A stretch of DNA of 63,249 nt, filler included, from Octopus bimaculoides (taxonomy: Eukaryota), in assembly GCF_001194135.2 (NCBI RefSeq). It is 9 parts of 9 records of this genome, joined end to end, with 100 filler letters (N's around TTAATTAATTAA, not from the genome) between each part and the next. Parts side by side here need not be neighbours in the genome. Positions count along the whole stretch, not along the records: positions 9,590 to 13,985 come from NC_068993.1; positions 14,086 to 42,151 come from NC_068990.1; 7 more parts are not named here. One strand, given 5' to 3'. Below, in pieces: positions 12,955 to 23,576 of this stretch. The notes under the pieces are model-generated. The model made no database searches and was not told where the DNA came from. It was given only the letters and a program-made list of their open reading frames with translations. Position numbers and translations under genes: made by a program. Position 1 is the first letter of the stretch, and every line of letters starts with the position of its first letter.

Positions 12955-13195
12955 ATGTATGTGTGTGTATATGTTTGTGTGTTTGTCCGCTCAACATCGC
13001 TTGACAATCGATGCTGGTGTGTTTACGTCCCCGTAACTTAGTAGTTCGGCTAAAGAGACCGATGGAATAAGTACTAGGCTTACAAAGAATAAGTCCTGGG
13101 GTCGATTAGCTCGACTAAAAAGGCGGTGCTCCAGCATGGCCACAGTCAAATAACTGAAACAAGTAAAAGAGTAAAAGAGTAAAAGAGTAAAAGTG
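12955..13195 (+). mobile_element. CORE-type octopus SINE, 3' half
   Basis: CAACATCGCTTGACAA-CGATGCTGGTGTGTTTACGTCCCCGTAACTTAG...GGCGGTGCTCCAGCATGGCC-CAGTCAAA tail ending (AAAAGAGT)n; matches 29900-30104 and 36250-36450. Confidence 0.9.
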
Positions 13196-13564
13196 AGTAT
13201 AGGATTTCTCACTAAAATTGGCTACACCCCATTTTCAACCATCACTTTTACCAGTTTTGACATATTTTGTTCAAACTTGATACCGGCATTACTTAGGACT
13301 CATGGGATCTTTGAATGCTTTAAATTCCCCCCCCCCCAAAAAAAACAATCGATGAGTGGAAAAGATCGATAAAACGATTCCTTATGGATTTCCCAATCAA
13401 ATTGTCTGCAACCTATTTTCAGCCAAATGTTTATTAATTTCAACGGATTTCACTCAAATTTGATGTTGGTGTTACTTAGTTTGGTTTGAAACAAAGTGCT
13501 TGATTAGCTTAATAATCCTAACTTAATCCCGAGCAATGCTGGGCTATACTGCTGGTATATATAT

Positions 13565-13985
13565 ACTGTGGGGGTCAAAAGTGTTTGCAAATTGTATATA
13601 TTGATAAATTTATGCTTCAATATTTTCCAATATAATAACTATGTTACTCATTGTTCGATATGCAAATATATAAAGTAAATTCCTAGAGACGGAAACCAAA
13701 TAATCATATTCTGGGGGGAAAATATGGATTTAAAAAAAAATTTCAGGAAGAAATATGGGCCAAAAGAGTTTACAAGACTCATTTATTCGAAATAAATAAC
13801 ATTTTTAAACATAATATAATTTGAAACATTGTGTCATTATGATAATAGTACCATATATTGATAACATATTACAAGAAAACAACAGTTATTGCTCAAATAA
13901 CAATTAACAAAACAATACAAATTTATAAAACAATTTAACCCTTTATACGCTTTCCTCCATTCCTAATCAAATCCATCAGCCTCCT
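13565..13985 (+). mobile_element. Possible Tc1-type left end, truncated at spacer
   Basis: TA|CTGTGGGGGTCAAAAGTGTTTG resembles Tc1 TIR starts; no partner end visible. Confidence 0.35.
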
Positions 13986-14116
13986 NNNNNNNNNNNNNNN
14001 NNNNNNNNNNNNNNNNNNNNNNNNNNNNNTTAATTAATTAANNNNNNNNNNNNNNNNNNNNNNNNNNNNNNNNNNNNNNNNNNNNATATATAAAAGCAAT
14101 AAACACTAAGGGTATA

Positions 14117-15230
14117 TATTAAGTTGGAAAGAAAGTCCTGTAGCAATTTTGACATGATCACTTTGAGGGTAATTTTTCAATATTCACGGTAAAATAATCA
14201 TTAAGTCTTATTCTATTGTTTTTGTTTGTTCTTTCTTTGCAAATTACTTTACACGATACCAAATTACTTTATACGATACTATATACTCGTATCGATTTTG
14301 CCCTGCTGAAATGAGTTTAGATCAGATCTGCATAAGACACTGCAGTTTGTATGAATTTAAAACAATGGAAAGAGGCAAGGAGTATTCGTTCTGCCTATGG
14401 AAATGAAGCTTTAAATGTCTGGACTTGCCAACAATGTTTTTGGCCAGTTTCAATGGGAATTTTTTTTTCTTGCAAAGCCTCCTCGACCTGGACGACCAAG
14501 CTCTATCAATACTGAGGTTCTGGAAGCCGTAGTTGAAAATTCTAACAAACGGCATGAGAATCAACAAAACAGTTCAATTCAAGTCGCTTTTCGATCAAAA
14601 AACACTTTAATGAAATAGGAAAAGTCCCTAAACTTGGTCAGTGGGTTCCTCATCACCTGACTGCTTCTCAGCTTAAACAAAATGTTGCCCTCTGCTCGTC
14701 AATGCGATAAAACCTTTCTTTGCTAAAAACATTTTAAGTGATGAAAAGCGAGTTAAGTATAATCATATCCAACGAAAACGACAATGGTTAGAACTCAATG
14801 AAAAGTAGAATCCATCTCCAAACCAGGACTACACCAGGGAAAAGTTATGTTATGTAGGATATGAAGGGTGTCTTCTATTCTGAAGTGTTAAACCGAAACG
14901 AAATAGTTTATGTGAAGTATTGCCGTCAACTGGAAGCATTGCACAAACATTTGCAGAAAAAGCACGTATCAGTGATCAATCGTAAAGAGTGTTGCTCTTA
15001 CACGATAATGCAAGACCATATGTTGCCCAAGTCACTCAAGAAAAGATTATAGCACTAAATATGGAAGTTTTGCACCATTTTTCTTCTTTACCTGATTTTG
15101 CTACATCTGACCATCATCTTTTCAGATCATTGCAACATTGTTTTGAGGAAAAAACAATTTATTAATTACAAAGCGGTTAAAAATAGTATTGAATGTTCCT
15201 TTACTTCGAAATCTGTTTTCTGATAGTCCA
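14117..15230 (+). mobile_element. Mariner (DD34D) transposon, decayed
   Basis: TA|TTAAGTTGGAAAG TIR-like start; PRPGRPSSI, KLGQWVPHHLT, SDEKRVKY, LHDNARPYVA and PDFATSDHHLFRSLQH motifs across frameshifts. No right TIR seen. Confidence 0.9.
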
Positions 15231-16033
15231 ATAGTCATGGTCTTATATTCAAGCAAACCAGTCTGGGTGATGGCTTTTCTTTTGCTTTCATGTTCTGCCT
15301 GGTGTAATGTATACCATCTGCGATTCTGACTAGTTGTATCCCTAAGCACGCAATGCACTTAATGAAACAGGAGAATTGTAGCGAAACAGCACCTAATAGC
15401 TGAGTGTTGGCCCAGCATGAGGCTAGAGGTAGTTATCGAGTGGGACAATAGTGCTTCTGTCGAAAGTTTCCCCTTGTACTTAGTGCCACACCTGTTTGAA
15501 CACATGCTTATAACCAGGATATTGCTACTTTCCATGTACCATCGCAATGAGACAACGCTTGAGTATCATTTTCAGAATGAAGGCCTGAGTAGAGTTAGTG
15601 CAGGATACCAACAGTTGCCAATGTAGCTGATATCTTCTTTCCACGCCATTGATTGTTGTCCAATATAAGTGCAGAAGCCAGTACAGCTGGGTACCAGTGT
15701 TGTCGCAGAAGTTGCCAGAATAATATTGAACATAACGTTGGGGCTGCCTCAGCGACTTCAGCCCCAGATTTTTCCTCAAGGTTTTGTTCCTGAAATCTTT
15801 CCGGCGAGTGAATGTTGCTTCACTGCAGCAGAGGTTTGAGATCAGATCAGAGCTACCTGGAAAAGCAGTCCTCTCTTTGATGGACTACCTTTCTAGCCTG
15901 ACAAGTTCCATCAGCCCGAAACGCTGTTTTAAGGCGTCAGCACACGCATTCGCCCTTTTCCCTGTCAGTACAAACGGTGTGTGTGTATATGTGTGTGTAC
16001 ACATAGATACCTATATGTGTGTGTGTGTGTAGT

Positions 16034-16122
<89 letters not shown>

Positions 16123-17201
16123 NNNNNNNNNNNNNNNNNNNNNNNNNNNNNNNNNNNNNNNNNNNNNNNNNNNNNNNNNNNNNNNNNNNNNNNNNNNNNN
16201 NNNNNNNNNNNNNNNNNNNNNNNNNNNNNNNNNNNNNNNNNNNNNNNNNNNNNNNNNNNNNNNNNNNNNNNNNNNNNNNNNNNNNNNNNNNNNNNNNNNN
16301 NNNNNNNNNNNNNNNNNNNNNNNNNNNNNNNNNNNNNNNNNNNNNNNNNNNNNNNNNNNNNNNNNNNNNTTCGTGTCGAGTGTAAAGCAAAAAGATAAGG
16401 GGACAAAGATATTAACTTTGAGATTGCTTTTGGGGGAATTTTAAGGATAACAATAGAACATTCGCGAATAGGTCGAACCTCAATATCAAACCTAGAGTCA
16501 AAACAATTATAAAACTAGTTTAGACCGAAACTTCAAGTTTCGTTTAATTGGTTATAAAAAGTTTCGCCTATTAAAAGGGTTGACTAACAGGTAAAATGCA
16601 GAAGTAGGAGTGATAACATTCTTTAGACTCTAACTTCCATTACGAAGAAAATTCTATATGAGACTTTCTCCATTTTTCCTAAAAATAAAATATGGTGAGC
16701 GAGAAATGAAGTTAAAAGCAATCGTGTATGATACCTATAAAGAAAATGCAGGCACATGTGTGATACAGTTCTTAATTAACCGAATCTAGAAAAGTACGGG
16801 AAAAGAAGAATTACAAGGTTAAAAATATTACAGATGAAGTTGCAATTTGTATTTTAAAAAATATGTTTCTTTCAAATATAAAAGTATAATTCCTCTTTAG
16901 ATTCTAACCCTTCCATGAAAACTTGTAGAATGAAGAAAGATCTAAATTAAATAAATTTTCCAAGATATCTAATATCTATTATTTCATAGAATATAAGTTT
17001 AGAATTTTGCTGGTGTCGGCTTGTTCAAACCGTTGGAAGAAACTATCACCAGCGAAACTTCGAAGTCACTGTTAATAAGATTATAATAAATATTAAAATT
17101 TAAACGTATTACGGCTCCTTTATTTAATCAATAATCGTTGTTTTTGTACATTTAAAAACTCTTATCATTAAAAGCAACTAAGCGTCAAAGAAACACACAC
17201 A

Positions 17202-17239
<38 letters not shown>

Positions 17240-17570
17240 GCACATCCTCCCACATACATATACAGATACCCACATGCACACATAAGAATGAAGACACACT
17301 TATACACACCCATGCATACATACGTTCATAATTGATACTTAAAATCAATAAGTAATTATTACAATATACAATTATTAATAATAACAACACTGGAAACATT
17401 GCCAAAGTATATTAGTTTTCTTAGTTAGCAAAAGTACATAGCTGGGTCATAAGTGAATTAAAAGATGGCGTAGGTTAGCGAGTGGGTCTCAAGCTCAATT
17501 ACTTAATGCTTCTCTGAGTCTAATGAGAGAAAAACCTTACAATTTAATATCTCAATACTGTCGTTTACTA

Positions 17571-17800
17571 GGGCGGCGACCTGGCAGAGTCGTTAGCATG
17601 CTGGGCGAAATGCTTAGCGGTATTTCGTCTGCCGTTACGTTCTGAGTTCAAATTCCACCACGGTCGACTTTGCCTTTCATCTTTCGGGGTCGATTAAATA
17701 AGTACCAGTTACGCACTGAGGTCGATGTCATCGACTTAAATCCTTTGTCTGTCCTTGTTTGTTCCTTCTATGCTTAGCCCCCTGTGGGCAATAAAGAAAT
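17571..17800 (+). mobile_element. Nin-domain tRNA SINE with tail type B (..AGCCCCCTGTGGGCAATAAAGAAAT)
   Basis: tRNA-like head GGCGGCGACCTGGCAGA, B-box-like GAGTTCAAATTC, Nin-like GCCTTTCATC-TTTCGGGGTCGAT-AA-TAAGTACCAG. Confidence 0.9.
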
Positions 17801-17819
17801 AAATATTTTTCCTATTTTA

Positions 17820-18034
17820 AGGCGGGGAGCTGGCAGAAACGTTAGCACGCCGGGCGAAATGCTTAGCGGTATTTCGTTTACCGTTACGTTCTGAGTTCAA
17901 ATTCCGCCGAGGTCGACTTTGCCTTTCATCCTTTCGGGATCGATAAATTAAGTACCAGTTGCGTACTGGAGTCGATCTAATCGACTGCCCCACCCCAAAA
18001 AATTTCGGGCCTTGTGCCTAGAGTAGAAAAGAAT
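17820..18034 (+). mobile_element. Nin-domain tRNA SINE with tail type A (..GGGCCTTGTGCCTAGAGTAGAAAAGAAT)
   Basis: Same head and body as the preceding copy, different 3' end. Confidence 0.92.
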
Positions 18035-18254
18035 ATTGTCGTTTACTATTGTTGTTGTTGCTGCTGCTATGTTCGTTGTTGCTGTAGTTAGCGTTGTCGT
18101 TAGGAAATGTGATGATTTCTTAAGGAATTATGAAATACGTACTTCCTTCCATATGTGTATATTCGCAGTCATCTTTTATAACAACTGTTTATACCGCCGT
18201 TTGTACGTATGTATGTGTGTGAGTGTGTGTTTTTGTGTCATGTTTTTTCCCTGC

Positions 18255-18390
18255 TTCCGCTCGACAACCGATAGAATAAGCACCAGTCTTTAAAAAAATA
18301 TGTACTGGGATCGATTTGTTCGACTAAACCCTTCAAAGTGGTGTCCCAGCATGGCTACAGATCAATGATTGAAACAAAAAATAAAAGAAT
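18255..18390 (+). mobile_element. CORE-type SINE tail fragment
   Basis: CCGATAGAATAAGCAC...GTCGAT...CCAGCATGGCTACAG...GAAACAA. Confidence 0.7.
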
Positions 18391-19140
18391 GACCTTGTGA
18401 TCAAATTAGTTATCGATATTAATTAATCTTAGAGAGTAATGGATGATGGGTTGGTAAATGGCGGACAAAGTGCCTCACGATGTTTAATTTCGCCCTTTTN
18501 NNNNNNNNNNNNNNNNNNNNNNNNNNNNNNNNNNNNNNNNNNNNNNNNNNNNNNNNNNNNNNNNNNNNNNNNNNNNNNNNNNNNNNNNNNNNNNNNNNNN
18601 NNNNNNNNNNNNNNNNNNNNNNNNNNNNNNNNNNNNNNNNNNNNNNNNNNNNNNNNNNNNNNNNNNNNNNNNNNNNNNNNNNNNNNNNNNNNNNNNNNNN
18701 NNNNNNNNNNNNNNNNNNNNNNNNNNNNNNNNNNNNNNNNNNNNNNNNNNNNNNNNNNNNNNNNNNNNNNNNNNNNNNNNNNNNNNNNNNNNNNNNNNNN
18801 NNNNNNNNNNNNNNNNNNNNNNNNNNNNNNNNNNNNNNNNNNNNNNNNNNNNNNNNNNNNNNNNNNNNNNNNNNNNNNNNNNNNNNNNNNNNNNNNNNNN
18901 NNNNNNNNNNNNNNNNNNNNNNNNNNNNNNNNNNNNNNNNNNNNNNNNNNNNNNNNNNNNNNNNNNNNNNNNNNNNNNNNNNNNNNNNNNNNNNNNNNNN
19001 NNNNNNNNNNNNNNNNNNNNNNNNNNNNNNNNNNNNNNNNNNNNNNNNNNNNNNNNNNNNNNNNNNNNNNNNNNNNNNNNNNNNNNNNNNNNNNNNNNNN
19101 NNNNNNNNNNNNNNNNNNNNNNNNNNNNNNNNNNNNNNNN

Positions 19141-19185
<45 letters not shown>

Positions 19186-19254
19186 GAAAGTGGGGACTTA
19201 GACTATAACAAAAATCGGGCGTCGGATTTATGAAGAAATCAATATCATTTAGAC

Positions 19255-19509
19255 CAGTAGTTCTGAGCCGGTGTCTATATGGTCCTTGAGCGTCCATATA
19301 AGATTTGGTTGTTAAAAATGTATGTGCAATTAATTGCTAATAATTGTACAATACACAAAATATTAAAATTTTTTATACAATTCTTAATAACACTTAATGA
19401 TAAAAATATAATAGGATTTTTTTAAACCATCCAATAGTTATGGATGTCCAGTAGAATAAAACAGGAATCAAAGGAGAGTCCATAGGTAAAAAATGGTTGA
19501 GAAACACTG
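19255..19509. mobile_element. hAT-superfamily MITE, 255 bp
   Basis: Termini CAGTAGTTCTGAGCC / GGTTGAGAAACACTG; 8-bp TSD ATTTAGAC (19247-19254) / GTTTAGAC (19510-19517). Confidence 0.88.
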
Positions 19510-19792
19510 GTTTAGACGATAGCTCAATTAACTGACCATAATTAAACTGAACTAATTAAATTAGTATATAATTTAGTAAGTGCTCTAATTAAGAAGAGTA
19601 CGAATGAAATCCACTGCATTGTTATCGGAGAAGCAAGAATTAATTAACGTTTATCCCTGGGATTATATTCCTAATCATTCATACTTTATGAAGAAGTTAA
19701 ATGTATTGTCTGGGCAGAGACATTAATAAGAATGGTACACCACACACAATAATGCGGTGTTGTTGTTATGACAACAACAATAGCAACGAGAG

Positions 19793-19852
<60 letters not shown>

Positions 19853-20050
19853 CAACAACAACAACAACAATAACAATATGAAGCGATGAAAGACTATTAA
19901 AGGTAATTTCAATAAAAGGAGACTGGGGTATTGTCCTCTGGGAAGGATGTGTAGGTGTTGTCTTCTTTGCGAGAGTCCATGTATGGGAGATGTATGGAAG
20001 AACAATGGTAGTAGTGTACGGGAGAACTCGATTATGAAGACATGACAGGC

Positions 20051-20084
<34 letters not shown>

Positions 20085-20142
20085 CGATGATGATGATGAC
20101 AATGATGATGACGATGATGATGATGATGATGATGATGATGAC
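19793..20142. repeat. (CAG)n(CAA)n and (GAT)n trinucleotide tracts
   Basis: Direct reading. Confidence 0.95.
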
Positions 20143-22092
20143 GATTATAGGGGTTGATATGATGGTGGCCATCCTGTGGAAGGACTATGACAATAACGAT
20201 GATGACAATGTAAATTAATGAAAGCAAACATTATGGCGTGAATAATGATGTTGACTGCTATGACGACGATGGTTGTGATGATGTGGTTGATGATGACGAC
20301 GACGACGAGGGCAACAACGACGACGTCACTGATTATTTTAGTGCAATACGCAATGAACTACAGAATTTATTATAGTCGAGTTAATATTGATTCAATATTG
20401 ATTCCCATAATGGAATAGATTAGGATATATTCATGTTCATACATGGTAAGAATTGTAGTTTCTATGCTTAAGAACAGCAAATACGCAAGAGCTGACGATG
20501 CGATTTCCTGCCGCTTTCCAAGTCGTGTTTGTAGAGTTATCAATGGCATATGAAAAGGTAGCGTAGTTTCTTTGAAAACTCAGCCAAACATAAATTGTGA
20601 ATCTTCTTGTGGGATTGTCCCATGGAATAAATGAAAACGCCAGCAACAAATTAAGAGTAATTCGTGCAGTTGTGCGGGAATTTGGGGGCCTATATTTGTG
20701 GGTGGTCCCGAGAAGCTCTGGTGTTGCGGTGGAAAGGGCCGAAACACGTACAGAACTGCTTCATCGTCTGATAAGACATCGACTCCTGCATTTGAAGATG
20801 GAACACAATAGCACTCTCAAAACACAAATGCTTACCTTTAAAAAAAAACCTGTTGTTATTGATTAAACTTTGTTTTTCCCAGTTGTAGGAATGGAATACC
20901 TCCACTAAACACCTTCTCAAAGAAATAATTAGTGATAAGCAACCTAAAATATCAGGCACCATTAGAGAAAGGAGAATTCACTTTGCTGGATACTGGTAAA
21001 AAAAAATAATGAAGAGTTGGTCGGTGACTCACTACATTGAACACTTCGACGTGGTTCGAAATCGCATCCCTCGTCCTGCAAAGATATGCGTCGATCATTT
21101 AATAGTCGACACTAGATGTTATCGAGAACAGCTATTACATGGCGTGGGAGGATAGTGATTGGATGGAAAATCAGTCACGCGAATCTGAGGAAGCTCGAAC
21201 CGATGATGAGGATGATGAGGATGATGATGATCATGATGATGATGAGGCGTTATCGATAGAATGTTAGCGTCCTTCGATCTTTTACCCAAGATACGCCTGG
21301 TGAGTTTCCATCATACTGACTTCAGAAATTCCAACATCGTCAGTTTTGTACTACAAGAAGTATTTTTAGCCTGCCATTATTTATTTATTTATTTATTTAT
21401 TTATGATTTTGTTAAAGAACGTTAATGGTAAATATCATTTAGACAAAGTAGATGATAGCATTAACAGCAGACTTAATACTACATCTTGAGTAGGAATTCA
21501 AGTCTGAAAAAAGACACCTTAACTTTCACCATGGTCTATGATTATGATTTTTAACCCTATTACTGCAGAAATTAGACATATCCACTCAACACTTCATTAC
21601 CGTTCACTGTGGAAAGCAGTTTTATATTATAACTTGTCTTTTGTAGAAAAATGTCATGTTTGAAACTGATTTTTGTTGAGATGCGTCAGGTTTAAGAAGG
21701 CAACGTGACTTACAGAAAATAACCAGTTTTATTTGTGGTAAATATTTAACATCTTTACAAGAATAACCATGAAATTTAATTTCGTAGCTGAAGGGCTAAA
21801 CATTATTTCACGAAACAAAATTATATACCAAAAATATCTTTTGTTTTCCTTCTATCTGGCCTTGACAGATTTACAAAGTTTCAAATCATCTTACTCAGAA
21901 CATCTGGTAACTGGTATCAATTACTGAGTAAATTTTCAACATAAGAGACGATCTGTAAATTGGGTTGATACCTATGATGAGAACAACCTGGACTTGTCAT
22001 TAATTATACGACAGTATAAAGGATAACAAGCAGTCAGAGTCGTTAGCATGCTGGGCAAAATGCTTAAAGCATTTTTTACGGCTTTATGTTCT

Positions 22093-22521
22093 AGCTCGTT
22101 TTGCAACCGTGGAGGCGCAATGGCCCAGTGGTTAGGGCAGCGGACTCGCGGTCATAGGATCGCGGTTTCGATTTCCAGACCGGGCGTTGTGAGTGTTTAT
22201 TGAGCGAAAACACCTAAAGTTCCACGAGGTTACGGCTGGGGGTGGTGGCGAACCCTGCTGTACTCTTTCACCACAACTTTCTCTCACTCTTTCTTCTTGT
22301 TTCTATTGTACCTGTATTTTCAAAGGTTCAGCCTTGTCACACTGTGTCACGCTGAATATCCCCGAGAACTACGTTAAGGGTACACGTGTCTGTGGAATGC
22401 TCAGCCACTTGCACGTTAATTTCACGAGCAAGCTGTTCCGTTGCTCGACTAAAGGCGGTGCTCCAGCATGGCCGCAGTCAAATGACTGAAACAAGTAAAA
22501 GAGTGAAAGAATAAATAATCT
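22093..22521 (+). mobile_element. Chimeric tRNA-derived SINE with 11-bp TSD, inserted in an older Nin SINE
   Basis: Clear tRNA head GGAGGCGCAATGGCCCAGTGGTTAGGGCAGCGGACTCGCGG...GGTTTCGATTTCC; TSD CTTTATGTTCT at 22082-22092 and 22522-22532. Confidence 0.88.
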
Positions 22522-23258
22522 CTTTATGTTCTGATATCGAATCCTCCCAGTTTCACTTATGCCTTTCCTCTTGCCAGGGTCGACGAATTAAAATACCAGC
22601 AAAGCACTGGGATTGTTATGCTTCAGCATACACCGTCTTCTCTAAATTTATCGCCGTGTGCATTTGCTAGACAGCAGTTTTATAGCGTTGACGTCATTCG
22701 CTCTTTTAGCCAAGATAGGTCTGGAGAGTTTCCATCAGACTGACTCCGTTAATTCCCACAGCGTCTACACTGTGTAGCATATAGTATTTTTAGCTGGCCT
22801 TTCGTATTCTTTTTTTTTTTGTTGTTCTTCTTAAGAGGAAATGTCATTTAACGTACTAAACATATTAAAGAGAAGTTATATCAGTAAACTTAATGATACA
22901 ACTTGAGGAAAAAAATTCAAATCTGAAGAAGCCGCACTAACATTCAATATGGTGTCTGATCATGACTTTTAGACTGTATTTCATTAAACAAACCTATATA
23001 AGAAGTATATCTGGAATTTTATTCCCCGCCTGTGGCCGATTAACATTTGTTTCAAGATATTTGACATATATCCCAAGATACTTTAGAACCTTCTCTAAAG
23101 AATTTTTGCTTTATTGTCTTCATAAAAATATAACTTGCTATTTATTTATTTACTACAATTTATAAAGAGTTATGCCCAATCCCTGTTTGAAGTAAGTACA
23201 CAGTTGATTGAATCGAAATCAGTGTATTGCGAATACTTAATTATCAATCTTCGAAAGA

Positions 23259-23309
<51 letters not shown>

Positions 23310-23312
<3 letters not shown>

Positions 23313-23529
23313 CCTTCCTTTCTATTATAGGCACAAAGCCTGAAATTTGGTGGGAGGGGACTAATCGATTAGATCGACACCAGTACACAACTGGTACTTA
23401 ATTTATCGAGCCCGAAAGGATGAAAGGCAAAGTCGACCTCGGCGGAATTTGAACTCAGAGTGTAAAGACAGACGAAATGCCGCTAAGCATTTCGCCCGGC
23501 GTGCTAACGATTCTGCCAGCTCGCCGTCT
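23310..23529 (-). mobile_element. Nin-domain SINE (tail A) ending in (ATT)n
   Basis: Reverse complement closely matches 17820-18034; (TAA)n at 23259-23310. Confidence 0.92.
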
Positions 23530-23576
23530 TAATAACAANNNNNNNNNNGTAGTGGTAGTAGTAGTAGTAGTAATGA

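Larger units (their letters stand above)
11300..13555 (+). mobile_element. Helitron 3' portion, interrupted by a gap and a SINE
   Basis: Helicase fragment upstream; subterminal GC hairpin CCCGAGCAATGCTGGG (13528-13543) and CTGG|T terminus (CTRR). Continuity across the gap is assumed. Confidence 0.7.

Noticed and set aside
20690-20780. GGAAAGGGCCGAAAC...CTGATAAGA as a hammerhead ribozyme
   Set aside because: The motifs cannot be joined by consistent stems.
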